A stretch of 64,000 bases of DNA. Origin: the human T2T-CHM13v2.0 reference genome, Homo sapiens. The translations under genes and the position numbers were made by a program. Below are positions 26,291 through 56,262 of this stretch, piece after piece; the stretch's first letter is position 1, and the number at the start of each line of letters is the position of its first letter. The notes under the pieces were generated by a model. It ran no database searches. It was not told where the DNA came from and was given only the letters and a program-made list of their open reading frames with translations. The stretch lies in the NCBI RefSeq assembly GCF_009914755.1, contig NC_060938.1; one strand, given 5' to 3'.

Positions 26291-26694
26291 AATCCTTCAT
26301 TAGACATATCCAGGTGAAATTCCATTAGTCCTTATTAGTCTCTTTTGGGGAGGGAGTAGGGGAGTGGGAGTGATGTATCTCCTTAAATAAAATAGGGAGA
26401 CCACATCAAAGAAAGTAGGATTTCCCAGCCAAAAAAAACTCATGAAGGACGTTTGCAAAGTTTCTCTCCCATTGTTTGCAGGTACCTTGCAGGGAAGGGC
26501 AGCAGTCTTGATTGGCACGCCTTGCTTAAGAATACAGGCCACACTATTAAAATGTACCGTATAGGAAGAAGGAAATAACTATTATAGTGCATGTGCCAAG
26601 AGGTTTAGGCCCCGTGTGTAAACTACTCCATGATCCTTAAACATAGTTGTTTTGATGTCTTCTGGCTTTTGGGATTTCTAGCTTGAATTTCTTA

Positions 26695-28252
<1,558 letters not shown>

Positions 28253-29509
28253 TATCTGAATCTTTAAGGCAAAGCTCCTAACGTATCTTTCATTGGCCTG
28301 TGATAGACTTTTTCACCCTATTGAATTATCCTTGAGAGAAGAGATCCATTAATGCTCAGCATATGCCATTAGGTAGATGGGCAGAGTGTACTTACCCCTT
28401 CATTGTCCCTTCGGATGCTGGCAGTTTCCACCTTTTGGATCTAGACTCATCAGGATATTACTCCAGTTTATCTGGTAAGCTGCATGAAGATGGGGCATTT
28501 TTCCTCTCTGGCTTCTCAAGTCAGATGCCATTTATAATTCTTCTCTGAACAGCTTATGAAAGATTATTCCTTGGTGTCATGTGCTTGTCTTATCTTACTT
28601 TCAGTCCCGTTACCTGCTTATACCACTTCTCTTTAGATGATAAAGTGTTCAAAGATGCTGTATTTGCCTAACTCTCCTGCCTTGAAGGTTAATTATTTTA
28701 TTAGGATAGAAGAAAACAGCTAACGGACCACCTGGATTGAGTGGTAAAGTAAACTTGCTTGAGAGATGTTTGACATGCGGTAAGGAGACCATCACTGTTT
28801 TTTCTGTTTATTGCAGCCTTTTTTCTTAAAATTGAGTTAAAGTATTTTTTCTGCTTTACTTTGAGTCACCTCTACTCTTTTTTGTCTCCAAAGCTGGAGA
28901 AATGCGCTAAGATAGTTTGTCTCAATAAATTACCATTGATTACTATTGGTCATTTGGTTAGGAGAACTCTCCCAAACTTCTCTTCTCTTTAGTTTACAGT
29001 ACTGTTGCCAGTTTAAAATTTCTCTAGCCTCCATGTTAGTTGTTAGCTTACAATGATACTTTTTAGCCACGTGGCTTCATTTTCCCCTAGCTACATTAAG
29101 GCAGTCATGTTAATGTTCTTATTTAGGATCTATTTGGCTTCCATGGTTTAAAGAATGCACAGGAAGTAATTAGATACAGAGATGGATTTTTTATTTTTGT
29201 TCGCATGTTAAGAGCACTGCTTCCAACCAAAAGAGCTGGTATTCCCCTGTTTTTCCACATCTGCTATGACTAAAGCCAGTTGCTTTAATACCGAATTCAC
29301 AAAGACCTTTCTCACTTAATGTCCTACTCTAGCAAATAAGAAGAAATAAGTGGAAAACAATAATGCATACTCAAAACTTTGCATAAAAAGTAGTGATCGT
29401 CACATGTTAACTATATCCATGTGCTGCAGACACCAGATAATATTTTCTAAGGATTAGAAGAAAAGGAGTATTAAAGCAACTGGCTTTAACACATTTTTCC
29501 CCCATTCAT

Positions 29510-34718
<5,209 letters not shown>

Positions 34719-35274
34719 AGATTAGTTTATTTTGAATCCCTTTTTTCTTGACTGTGGATCACATTTCTGTATTTCTTTTCATGTTTATTAATTTTCAATT
34801 GTGTATCAGACATTGTGAATGACACATTGCAGAGGCTTTAGAGATTATCTATGTTTGTCTAGAAATTATTGATTTTTTGCTAATTTAGCAGGCTGTTAAA
34901 CTTCTTTAGACTTAGACTCCAAACTGTCTCCCTTGCAGTGGGTAGCAGCTGAGATCTCTGCTTAGGTCTTTCAAGTCTTTCACCTGTTGCTTTTTTGCTG
35001 GGCTTCTTGGAATCTTCTCCAAGCATGTGCAGATCATGTTTTACCCAAGGATTTGAGGAGATTTATGTGCAAATTTTGTGGTTTTATCCTTTCTAGGATT
35101 CCCTGTCATTTTCCAGCCTCTGGTTGCCCCAAACTCTGTCTTCTGTTTCCTCAAACCAGTAAGTTCTGCAGCTTTCTGCTTGATTTCCAGCTGTTCCTGC
35201 TGGCCATACTGTCTGGAGATTGCCCTCTGACCAAGACAAATTTTACCTGGTATAATTCCCTTCTTTTCTTTCCT

Positions 35275-35765
35275 TTATTTTCCCAAATATAGTGGCTTTA
35301 AAAAAACGCAATCATTTATTACTATTATTATTGTTGTTCTCTCTCGTGGTTCTAGGGGTTGATGAGACTCAATTGATGCTTCTTGCTTGGGTCTCCTATT
35401 GTAATCAAATAGGGGCTGGGGGTCATCTTGAAATCCCCCTCAGTCTCATCGGTGTGGTGATTGATGCTAGCTGGCTGTTGGCTGGGACTCCGTTGGACTG
35501 TCAGATGGAACACTTACATATAACGTCTACTTGGGCATTCTCAGGATGGCTGGTTTCCAAGAGCAAGCATCCTGAGAGTGACAGCCAGATGAAAGCTGTA
35601 TTATCTTTTATTTCCTAGCCTCAGAAATCACATAATGTCACTTCTGCCACATCCCACTCATTGAGGCAGTCACAAAGGAGAGCCCATATTCAAGCATAGG
35701 GTATTAGACATCACCTTTTGAGAGGGGAGTGTCAACTAATTTTCAGACAGATTTTAAAACTACCA
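35275..35765 (-). mobile_element. Old MLT1-type LTR fragment
   Basis: agtggctttaaaa..catttatt and cctagcctcagaaatcacataatgtcacttctgccacat motifs. Confidence 0.6.
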
Positions 35766-36288
35766 AACCTTTCAAATGTCATGTCCCCTCCAGTTTCTGC
35801 CTGCTTTTGCTCATTCTTTGGTACTTTGAAATAGTTGGGTATTTATCTAGAATTTATATTATTATCTAGTAGTCCAGTACAAACTATTCCATCATTACCA
35901 GAGGTAGAACTCCCTCCCCTATTTTTTTCTCTATAGCATTCTCACATTTAATATTATTTACTTATTGACTTCGTTTATTTTCTGCATCCTCCCACTAAGC
36001 TCCATTAAGTTGGGGTTTTTTTGTTCTGTTTTGTTTTGTTTGTCCCTTTGGTAAACTGCTAGGCATGTAGTAGGTGCTCAGCAAATATTTGTTGAATTAA
36101 TGATTGGCTGAATCTTTACCTCTCCAAAACAGCCATAGGTAAATAAAAGCCTCTTAATGACAAAAGAGGACCTATACGTTTTACAGCCTTGTTCTTTCAG
36201 CACGGTTGTACTGGTAGAGTGGCATATCTAAGGTTCACTCCTCCTTGGCCTACAGAACAGGACTTAGAGATTTTGACAGTTCATTCTT

Positions 36289-41886
<5,598 letters not shown>

Positions 41887-42078
41887 CAGTTCATTCTTAT
41901 CATAACTATCATGTGGGTTAATTTAGAAGTCTAGATAGGCCAGCTGCAGATCAAATGAAATTACATATGAAAGTGCTTTGTGCAGTATAAAGCACTATGA
42001 GATTATAGAGTGTATTGGATAATTGTATGCAGTTGCATCCATTAGACTGGCTTTTTCAGATTTCATTTGTAGAGTATC

Positions 42079-42102
42079 TGTGTGTGTGTGTGTGTGTGTG
42101 TG
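42079..42102 (+). repeat. (TG)12 microsatellite 120 nt upstream of the PRORP exon
   Basis: Read directly from the sequence. Confidence 0.95.
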
Positions 42103-42221
42103 TATTTTTAAGGGATGAATATTTTGAATTATCAAAACAATAATAAAGGTCACTGCAGTGTGTTTATAATAAAGTCCTTACTGAGTTCTTATTAATGTTT
42201 TGTCTGACATTTCTTTATTAG

Positions 42222-42329
42222 GAACTTAAGAGATTTGAGAACTTCATAAAATCTCGTCCTCCTTTTGATGTTGTCATTGATGGTCTCAATGTTGCCAAAA
42301 TGTTTCCTAAAGTTCGTGAATCTCAACTT
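42222..42329 (+). CDS. PRORP: Internal coding exon of PRORP (mitochondrial RNase P catalytic subunit, NYN metallonuclease domain), about aa 390-425
   Basis: Acceptor ttctttattag ends at 42221 and donor gtaagt is at 42330-42335. The 36 open codons read [36 protein letters not shown], recognised as human PRORP/MRPP3 with catalytic D409 in VIDGLN. Phase 0 at both ends. Not in the ORF track. Confidence 0.96.
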
Positions 42330-43038
42330 GTAAGTATAAGTTTTACTTTGTTATTCCACATCTCTAGAAATATTTATTATACCCATTTATGACCTTCTTG
42401 GGGCTCTTAGCTCCTCAGTTTTTCTTCCTCTAAAACTAAGGTCTTCAGGGTGCCACAGTGACCAACTGCATGCTCCCCTAAGATTTACTATTTTCATCAC
42501 TAATAAGTCGCTCTTCAAGGCTGGGAGAAAACAATTAAAAGTGAGGAATTAAAAGAAAGATTGCAATACAGGGCCAGATTTTCCCGTTTCGTGTAACCTT
42601 TAGCTAACCTTCTCCTGGGTCTCTGCTTTCTCTTTGGGGTCGCTCTGTCATTTCCCTTTGGGTCATATCCTTATATTTGAAAATTATCAATATACAATAT
42701 CAAGAGATATTAATCACTCATTACTCACATTTGTTTTTTCCAAACATAGTATGTTCATAAATTAACCTAAGCAGTTTTTTTTTCTATATGGTAGCCATTT
42801 GTTAATTTATAAATGCCCTACTAGTTTCTAATAAGACTATCATTTTTCATAGCTGCAATTAACAGTTACTTTAATCTCTATTTTGTAGATTAAAAAATTG
42901 AGGATAATTTTGTATAGTAAATCTATAGAAAACAGTCATAACATCAAAATTAGATTGTAGAGAGCTCCTGGGTTTCAGACTTGTGGCTCTTATCATTGGC
43001 AATCTATAGCCATTCATCTGTAATTAAACTATTTCTTA

Positions 43039-44319
<1,281 letters not shown>

Positions 44320-44763
44320 TCAGTGTTTAGAATAGTTTGAAGAGGTAGGAAGGATGATATCAGTGCGATATTTTTGGTGGATGATTTGTCTGTAACTTTC
44401 ATTATCTAAAATACTGAAATTCTGCTTTTAGGAACTGACATAGTAACACTAGTACATAAAGAAATGTATTCAAATGTGTTCATTATTGCATTATTGGTGA
44501 GCAGAAAAATCTAAACAACCTAAATATCTATCAATCTTAAGCCCGATACATATTTAAATATTAATTTTTGTGAATAAGGTAAACCAATATGTGCTGCTGT
44601 GGAACAGTTGTCAGAATATAAGTGTAAGAAGCAAAATGAAAAACAACATGCTTAGAATTGCTCTATTTATATTAAAAACAAAGCAAAAAATTATCCATGT
44701 ATAGATAAATGTTTGTTAGATAAGTTTGTGTGTGTATGCCCAAAAAATTTCTAGAAGTTTAAC

Positions 44764-44795
<32 letters not shown>

Positions 44796-46072
44796 GCACA
44801 CACACACAATTTAACAGTGTAGTTACCTTTGGGAATTGGGGATAGAATACTGTATAAGAGAATTGAGAGGACTTCTGGTTTTTGTTCACGTTTTTTGAAT
44901 TTTCTTTTACCATGAGTATATATTACTTAAAAATTTTAAAAATATCAGGAAAGGAAAAAAGTTAAAAAGCATTCTTGATAAATATTTTAAAATAATTTTG
45001 TAATACTCTGTGTCTTGTGGATGTACAATAATTTTTAAATCATTTACCTGTTGTTAGACAAATGAGGCTTTCCATTTTTCACTATAATAAGTAATACTTG
45101 GAAGACAGCCTCTGTGCATGTTTCATAGGATGTCTTTGGAATAGATTTTGAGAAACTGGACTCTTTAGTCAAAGGGTATATATATTTTTAAAGATCTCAC
45201 TATATATTGCCAAATTGCTTTCCAAAATGATTGTAGTAATTTATACTACCACCAAAAGTGTATAATGGTGCCTAAATATAACACATTTCTTTAAGGTTAC
45301 TTATTACATGATTGTTTCAGCCACTCACCTATGCCATGAGTCCGCTAAGTGAAAAGGGCTGGATGGTTTCTTCCCCATTTTTTAGGTCAAACAGATTTTT
45401 TTAAACTGTGGGACAAACTTTAATGAAATAGTTCCAGAAAGGGAATATTCTTCACTGTCTTTTCTGTCTTCCTTATCTTTCTCTTAATACAATTACCTAT
45501 AAGTGTACATAAAGGAAAAATTAGGAATTCGAAGTTCTATAAGTTTTAAGTTTTTTCCATCTTTGAAGAGATTTCCAGACTTTTTGTCTGTGGAGTGATG
45601 TACATATTATTTATGCTCTTCCTATAAACTCTCTGCATTATACATTACACATTTTTCTCGGTCCTTTTACATTAATGGTTGATTATATATCTAGTATTCT
45701 CTGTAAGTTCATTAATGAGAAGATAATTTTTTACATTCATTGTTTATGGAATAGCACCATTATCACATATCTTGATCTCAGAGCCTATAGCTTAAGGGTG
45801 ATAGAGATTAAGGAACTAAAAAAAGAAAGTTCTAGTTGTAAATGTATTTTATTTTCTCAATTTTCAAATGAATCTTTTTTATATTTTAACTTTTCTGAAG
45901 TCTATGTTATAATTCATGTCAGTAGAAACTTGCCAGCCACCATGTAGAGATTTATTGGTGACTGTCATTGCCTGGGTGTGTACAGAATTAGCTATACATT
46001 GCCACCTCAGTTGAATTAGTTATATTCGTAGCTCCACACACTGTTACACTGTTTAATTTTAACCTAAATCTT

Positions 46073-46948
46073 TTTTTAAAAACTTTTATTTTAAGCTTGG
46101 GGGTACATGGGAAGGTTTGTTACATACATAAACATTTGTCAAGGGGGTTTGTTATACATATTATTTCATCACCCAGGTATTAAGCCCAGTACTCAATAGT
46201 TGATCTTTTCTGCTCCTCTGCCTTCTCCCACACTCCCCGCTCAAGTAGACCCCAGTGTCTGTTGTTTCTTTATTTGTGTTCATAAGCTTTTATAATTTAG
46301 TTCCCACTTATAAGTGAGAACATGTAGTATTTGGATGTCTGTTTCTGCATTAGTTTGCTAACGATAATAGCCTCCATCTCCATCCATGTTCCTACAAAAG
46401 ACATGATCTCATTCTTTTTTTGGCTGCATAGTACTCCATGTTGTATATGTGCCACATTTTCTTTATTCAATCTGTCATTGATGGGCATTTAGGTTGATTC
46501 CATGTCTTTGCTATTGTTAATAGTACTGCAGTGAACATTCATTTGCATGTGTTTTTATGGTAGAATGATTTCTACTCATCTGGGTATATGCTCAGTAATG
46601 GGATTGCTGGGTTGAATGGTAGTTCTGCTTTTAGCACTTTGAGAAATTGCCATACTGCTTTCCACAATGGTTAAACTCATTTACACTCCCACCAACAGTG
46701 TATAAGTGTTCCCTTTTCTCTGCAACCTCACCAGCATGTATTATTTTTTGACTTTTCCATAATAGCCATTCTGACTGGTGTGAAATGGTATCTCACTGTG
46801 GTTTTGATTTGCATTGCTCTAATGATCAGTGATATTGAGCTTTTTTTCATATGCTTGTTGGCCACATGTTTGTCTTCTTTTGTGAAGTTTTTGTTCATGT
46901 CCTTTGCCCACTTTTTAATGGGATTGTTTTTCTCTTGTAAATTTGTAG
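46073..46948 (-). mobile_element. 5'-truncated L1 (L1PA12/13-like 3' end)
   Basis: ORF2 C-terminus and 3'UTR. Perfect 16-bp TSD ttttaacctaaatctt at 46057-46072 and 46949-46964, with a TT/AAGA endonuclease site. Confidence 0.92.
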
Positions 46949-47899
46949 TTTTAACCTAAATCTTAACTTTAAATATTTGCCAAAGGTTTCCTGACAATGT
47001 AATAAAAGACAGTGGAAGTTGCTTTTCTAAGACTAAGGTACAGAATTTTAAAGCAAGAAGAGGTTGTTATGACTGATTTTTGCATTTTGAAAAGTTGCCA
47101 CTGAGCCTGCAAACTTCCACCTGCCAATACCTTCCCATAGACATTCAAGCAAAGTTGACTAACTTCCAGAATGGCATAATTCAAAGAAAGAAAAAGCAAT
47201 AATCAGATGTGAAATACAGGTAAACTCCAGTATTTTTCAACCTTAGTGTCATGCTGTTGGTCCTAAAAGTGTTATAAAAGTGAAGATGAATAGCACAGGC
47301 TCTAAGGAGAGTGGTGTGTAATATGTCACCATGAGGATGTACAGAACTGTTATGGCCAAAAGTGATTTAGAACAGAACAGCCTTCAATTCAGATATGAAA
47401 GTGTATACTTACATGTTAATTGTGATTCCAAAACAAGATTATGGTATGAACTATATGGATTAATGTACAATTTTGTTGGTTACTGAAATAGTATACTTTT
47501 TTGTTTGTTTTTTTGCTTAAAAGTTATTTATTCCTAAACCAGTGTTTCATCTTACAGTTTCTGGAATGTTAATAATGAGGAAGTATGATTACAAGATGTG
47601 CTAAGTGGAACTGGGGACTATAAAGTCCCTGGGCTCAAGACACCCCCCAACCTCAGCCTTCTGAGTAGCTGGGACTACATACACATGCCACCAAGTCCAG
47701 CTAATTTTTTTTTTTTTTTTTTTGTGGAGACGGGGTTTTGTCATGTTGCCCGGGCTGGTCTTGAACTCCTGGGCTTAAGTTGCCTGCTGTGGCCTCCCAA
47801 AGTGTTGGGATTACAGGTATAAACCACCATGCCGCCTAGATTTTGCTTTTGGCACAATTGGAGACTTGGCCAAGTCATGTCTCAATTCTTTAATGGTTG

Positions 47900-50600
<2,701 letters not shown>

Positions 50601-51564
50601 TGCAGTTACAGAGTTTGCATTGTTAGGGAAATAGTTCAATCTTGAGTACCTGATAAACCAACATAATTTAGAATATAGTGAGATTAAAGGGGACTAACCT
50701 TCACCCTATTTATTTGTTTAACCTGTAAATCTAGGCAGACTAAGTCTTACTACTTTTCTTGTAGATGTTTTTCAACTGTAAATTGTATTTTGCTTAAAGT
50801 ATTTTTGTTGTTGTTGTTTTTAGAGATGGGGCCTTGCCATGTTGTCCAGGCTAGTCTCAAACCCCTGGGCTCAAGTGATCCGCCTGCTTCAGCCTCCCAA
50901 AGTGTTGGGATTATGGGTGTGAGCCATGGTGCCCAGCCTGCATAAAGTAATATATTTCCCTGGTTTCAATTTTTCAGAAAAAGAAAAATTCTGAGCTTTT
51001 TTTTTTTTTTTTTAAAGAAGAGGGAAGGATTCTGAGTGACTAGCAGATTGATTATATAGCCTGCCTTTTAAGAAGAACAGTTACAGAAACTTGGCAGGGA
51101 ATTATTAGGTTGATTCAATTACTGTTTCTTGAGCACCCATTCCAAGCCAGATACTGTTTTAAGCTGTGAGGATATGACCATAGATCAATAACAGGAATGC
51201 TAGCCACAAGGTTAGGCTAATGATTGTGTTATCTAAACAAGAAATGCATATTGTGTATTCTGTTGTCTATTAACAATGATTCTTGTGTTCGTGCATGACT
51301 CTTTTCATTAAAGATTTACTTGAATTGTCAGAATAGAAAATAGTATTTACCCAAAATACATGAGATAAAATTTTTTTAAAAAATAAGCATAGCAGGCTGG
51401 GCATAGTGTCTCATGCCTGTAATTCCAGCACTTTGGGAGGCTGTGGCGGGTGGATCAAGAGGTGAGAAGTTCAAGACCAGCCTGGCCAAGATGCTGAAAC
51501 CCTGTCTCTACTAAAAATACAAAAATTAGCTGGGTGTGGTGGCACTTTCCTGTAATCTCAGCTA

Positions 51565-52376
<812 letters not shown>

Positions 52377-52644
52377 TAAAAGTATTAGTTATGGACCCTT
52401 ACATACTACTTGAGTCAACTTTTATATAGCACTTGAACCAACATCTCTTCATCATAATCTGTTGCAAGATATTTTAGATTTTCTTGGATTGGATTTCTTT
52501 TTTCTTTTTTAATTTAATAAACTTAATTTTCCTAGAGCAGTTTTAGGTTCATGGATTTCTTTTTATGAACAACCATTTCCCAACATGTTATTTGGACTCT
52601 TACAAATACTTCTGAACAAAGCCAGGCATGGTAGCATGCACCTG

Positions 52645-53004
52645 TTATATGATTTGGCTATGTCTCCACCCAAATCTCATCTTGAATTGTAGCTCCCATA
52701 ATTCCCACATGTTGTAGGAGGAACTTGGTGGGAGATAATTGAATCCTGGGGGCAGTTTCCCTCATACTGTTCTTGTGGTAGTGAAGAAGTCTTACAAGAT
52801 CTGATGGTTTTATAAGAGGTTTCCCCTTTCACTTCTCTCATTCTCTCTTGCCCACCGCCATGTAAGACGTGCCTTTTACCTTCTGCCATGATTGTGAGGC
52901 CTCCCAAGCCACGTGGAACTGTGAGTCCATTAAACCTCTTTTTCATTATAAATTACCCAGTTTTGGGTATGTCTTTATCAGTAGCATGAAAACAGACTAA
53001 TACA
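52645..53004 (+). mobile_element. THE1-family MaLR solo LTR inserted in an AluJ
   Basis: Typical THE1 body (cccaaatctcatcttgaattgtagctccc...aaacagactaataca). 5-bp TSD acctg at 52640-52644 and 53005-53009. Confidence 0.92.
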
Positions 53005-53102
53005 ACCTGTAATCCCAGCACTTCAGGAGGCTGAGGCGGGAGAATCACTTGAGCCCAGGAGTACGAGACCAGCCTAGGCAACATAGCGAGACCCCATCTC
53101 TA

Positions 53103-53330
<228 letters not shown>

Positions 53331-53409
53331 CTACTATCCACCAAATTGCTCAAACCAAAAACCAAGGATTCCAGCCAGCCACAATTACTCTTTCTCACTA
53401 CTCCTATAT

Positions 53410-53508
53410 CCAGTAGACTGACAAGTTTTCTTGGTTTTAACCCCAGTAGACTGACAAGTTTTCTTGGTTTTAACCCCAGTAGACTGACAAGTTTTCTTGG
53501 TTTTAACC
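53410..53508. repeat. 33-bp tandem repeat, 3 perfect copies
   Basis: ccagtagactgacaagttttcttggttttaacc at 53410, 53443 and 53476. Confidence 0.97.
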
Positions 53509-55724
53509 CCCCAAAATATCCCATAGTCTAGTCACTTCTTTCCATTTCCATTAACATCATCTCTCACCAAAACTCCTAAGTGGTCTCCTTGCTTTTTTCA
53601 TGCTTGCCTCAATAACTTCCCTTTACACTTAGAATAAAATCCAAGTTCCTCGTCGTGGATTATAGTAACTCTCATTATCTGGTCTTTGCCTCTCTTTTCA
53701 ACCTCATCTGGTTTTTTCTCATTGTCTTTCACTGAATTGTAGGTACACTAGGATTTTTCCTGCCCCTCAAACATGCTGAATTTGTGCCTGCCTCCAAATC
53801 TTCGTACTTGCTATTTCTTTAATATTCTTCCATCTTCAAATGGCTGGATTATTATCAGCACCTCAAAGGTCTTTCTTGATTCTTCCAAAGTAACCTCATT
53901 CTGCCTAGTCACTTCTGTCTGTATTTTCAGTTACATCAGGATTGCCAAGTCTAGCCCAGGAACTAGAGATGAGTTTCAACATGGCAATGCAAAACTGTCT
54001 TTGCCTGGATTGTCTTTTTCAATATCAAGTTCCTTCATAGTAGTTTTTTGTGAAAAGAGACCATGCTGTTGTTGACCATTTATCCTAGAATGATCAGGGA
54101 GGGAATTCTAAAAGTCTCCATGACTCATACTTTACACATACCTTTGTAACTTCCATTTCAATAAATTAGGTTTTCTTTTCAGTTATCACTAATAATTGGT
54201 GCTGTGAGACCCCCTTGAGGAGGCAGGGACAACATAGTATAATAACTTTCCATTAAGAAAACAAAAGGAGGGGCCGGGCATGGTGGCTCACACCTGTACT
54301 GTAATCCCAGCACTTTGGGAGACCAAGGAGGGTGGATCACCTGAGGTCAGGCGTTCAAGACCAGCCTGACCAACACGGCGAAACCCTGTCTCTACTAAAA
54401 ATACAAAAATTAGCCAGGCATGGTGGCGCGTGCCTGTAATCCCAGCTACTAGGGAGACTGAGGCAGGAGAATCGCTTGAACCCGGGAGCCAGAGGTTGAG
54501 TGAGCCTAGATTGTGCCACTACAGTCCAGCCTGGGTGACAGAGTAGAAAAAAAAAAAAAGAAAAAGGATATGAAGTGGAAAGCTTCTAATGCTGCATTTT
54601 CTCTCTCATTCTCTCTTCCCCCACATACCTACCCATAATTCAGTCCTAATGCTTTTGTTCTTTGTTCCTTTTGCAGCTTGCATTTTGGATTTTCAGTGTT
54701 CATAAGCTCCTCTAATAGAAGATGTATGGGGGGAAAAGCACATCATTTTAGTTAATCATGCTAGTTCTTCAAAATTCTGCTCCCTATTTCTGTGGATAAC
54801 TGAGAATTGGTTAAAATGGCTTCAGCAGAATGAAAATTTATAATGTAATTTAAAAGAATTATGGCTGACACCAGCACTGAATGCTTTCATTCTTATAGCA
54901 TGCTTGGGGCATTGAATAGAAAGTGGTTTGGTGAAAACACTGTAGAATTTGTTTTGATTGCCATCTGTTAGTTGGTTTTACTACAGTGAGAGAAAAATAG
55001 AGGCACAAGTATTGGTCATTAAAGGTCATTTGGTAAAGTGTTTACTTGACAGTAAGTTCTTATTTTTTCTGCCACTCAAGTTATTTTATTTCTTTCTGTT
55101 GATTTACATAACCTCTTGTAAAAGTTTCAATACCATAAAGCACCTAAGATACAATAAACTATGCTCAGTATTTTTGTGTGTATATAATCCCGGGTGTATT
55201 TTTTTTTTTTTTTTGCCCCAACTGTAGAAATGTGAGTTTCTCGATCCCCATGCTTGAAATTATGTTTCAATAACGTTAAAGTGGGAAGGAAACTTAGAAA
55301 TACCCTATTATGTTTACAATAGGAAATGTTAAATATTGAAGTAGAATTTTTATCATACCTCCTTGACTTTTAAATACTCTTTTCCATATAATTGTTTCTC
55401 CCGTTTAAAGACTCTCTCTTAACATCTGGCTTTAGAGGTAGAATGTCTTGTCCCTTATGTCCCAAAACTTGGGTGTCTTATTCACACTTGGGTGTCCTTC
55501 TTTGAAGAACATACTGTCTTCATGTCTGCTCTGAGAAGCTGTTTGAGGAATTTTTTTTTCTTTTTCAAATATATATATGAGGAGCAGCATATTAGAGTTT
55601 TTATGCATGGATTGAAAGTGGAGGGATGGGATTACTACTAGAGGCAGGTATGCTTACATTAGGGAGAAGAGAGAGACTGCTGTCCAGGTTGAAAGAAAAA
55701 TGCTGCCATAAGAAGTCAAAAAGT

Positions 55725-56262
55725 CCTTCACTTCCCTTGTAAGTTGTATTCCTAGGTATTTTACTCTCTTTGTAGCAATTATGAATGAGAGTTCACTCAT
55801 GATTTGGCTCTCTGTTTGTCTATTATTGGTGTACAAGAATGCAACCCAAATGCTCATCAGTGATAGACTGGATAAAGAAAATGTGGCATATATACACCAT
55901 GGAATACTATACAGTCATAAAAAAGGATGAGTTCATGTCCTTTGCAGGGACATTGGGAAAGCTGGAAACCATCATTCTCAGCAAACTAACACAGGAACAG
56001 AAAACCAAACACCTCATGTCCTCACTCATAAGTACAAGTTGAACAGTGAGAACACATGGACACAGGGAGGGGAGCATCACACACCAGGGCCTGTCGGGGG
56101 ATGAGGGGCTAGGGGAGGGATAGCATTAAGAGAAATACCTAATGTAGATGACGGGTTGGTGGGTGCAGCAAACCACCATGGCACATGTATACCTATGTAA
56201 CAAACCTGCACGTTTGGCACGTGTATCCCAGAACTTAAAGTATAATTAATTAATTTTTTTTT
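55725..56262 (+). mobile_element. 5'-inverted truncated L1 (L1PA7-like)
   Basis: 55725-55842 is an inverted ORF2 RT fragment and 55843-56245 is the sense 3' end. TSD aa(g/a)aagtcaaaaagt at 55710-55724 and 56263-56277. Confidence 0.92.

Noticed and set aside
53410-53508. CRISPR-like 33-bp repeats
   Set aside because: There are no spacers and the context is eukaryotic; it is a simple tandem repeat.
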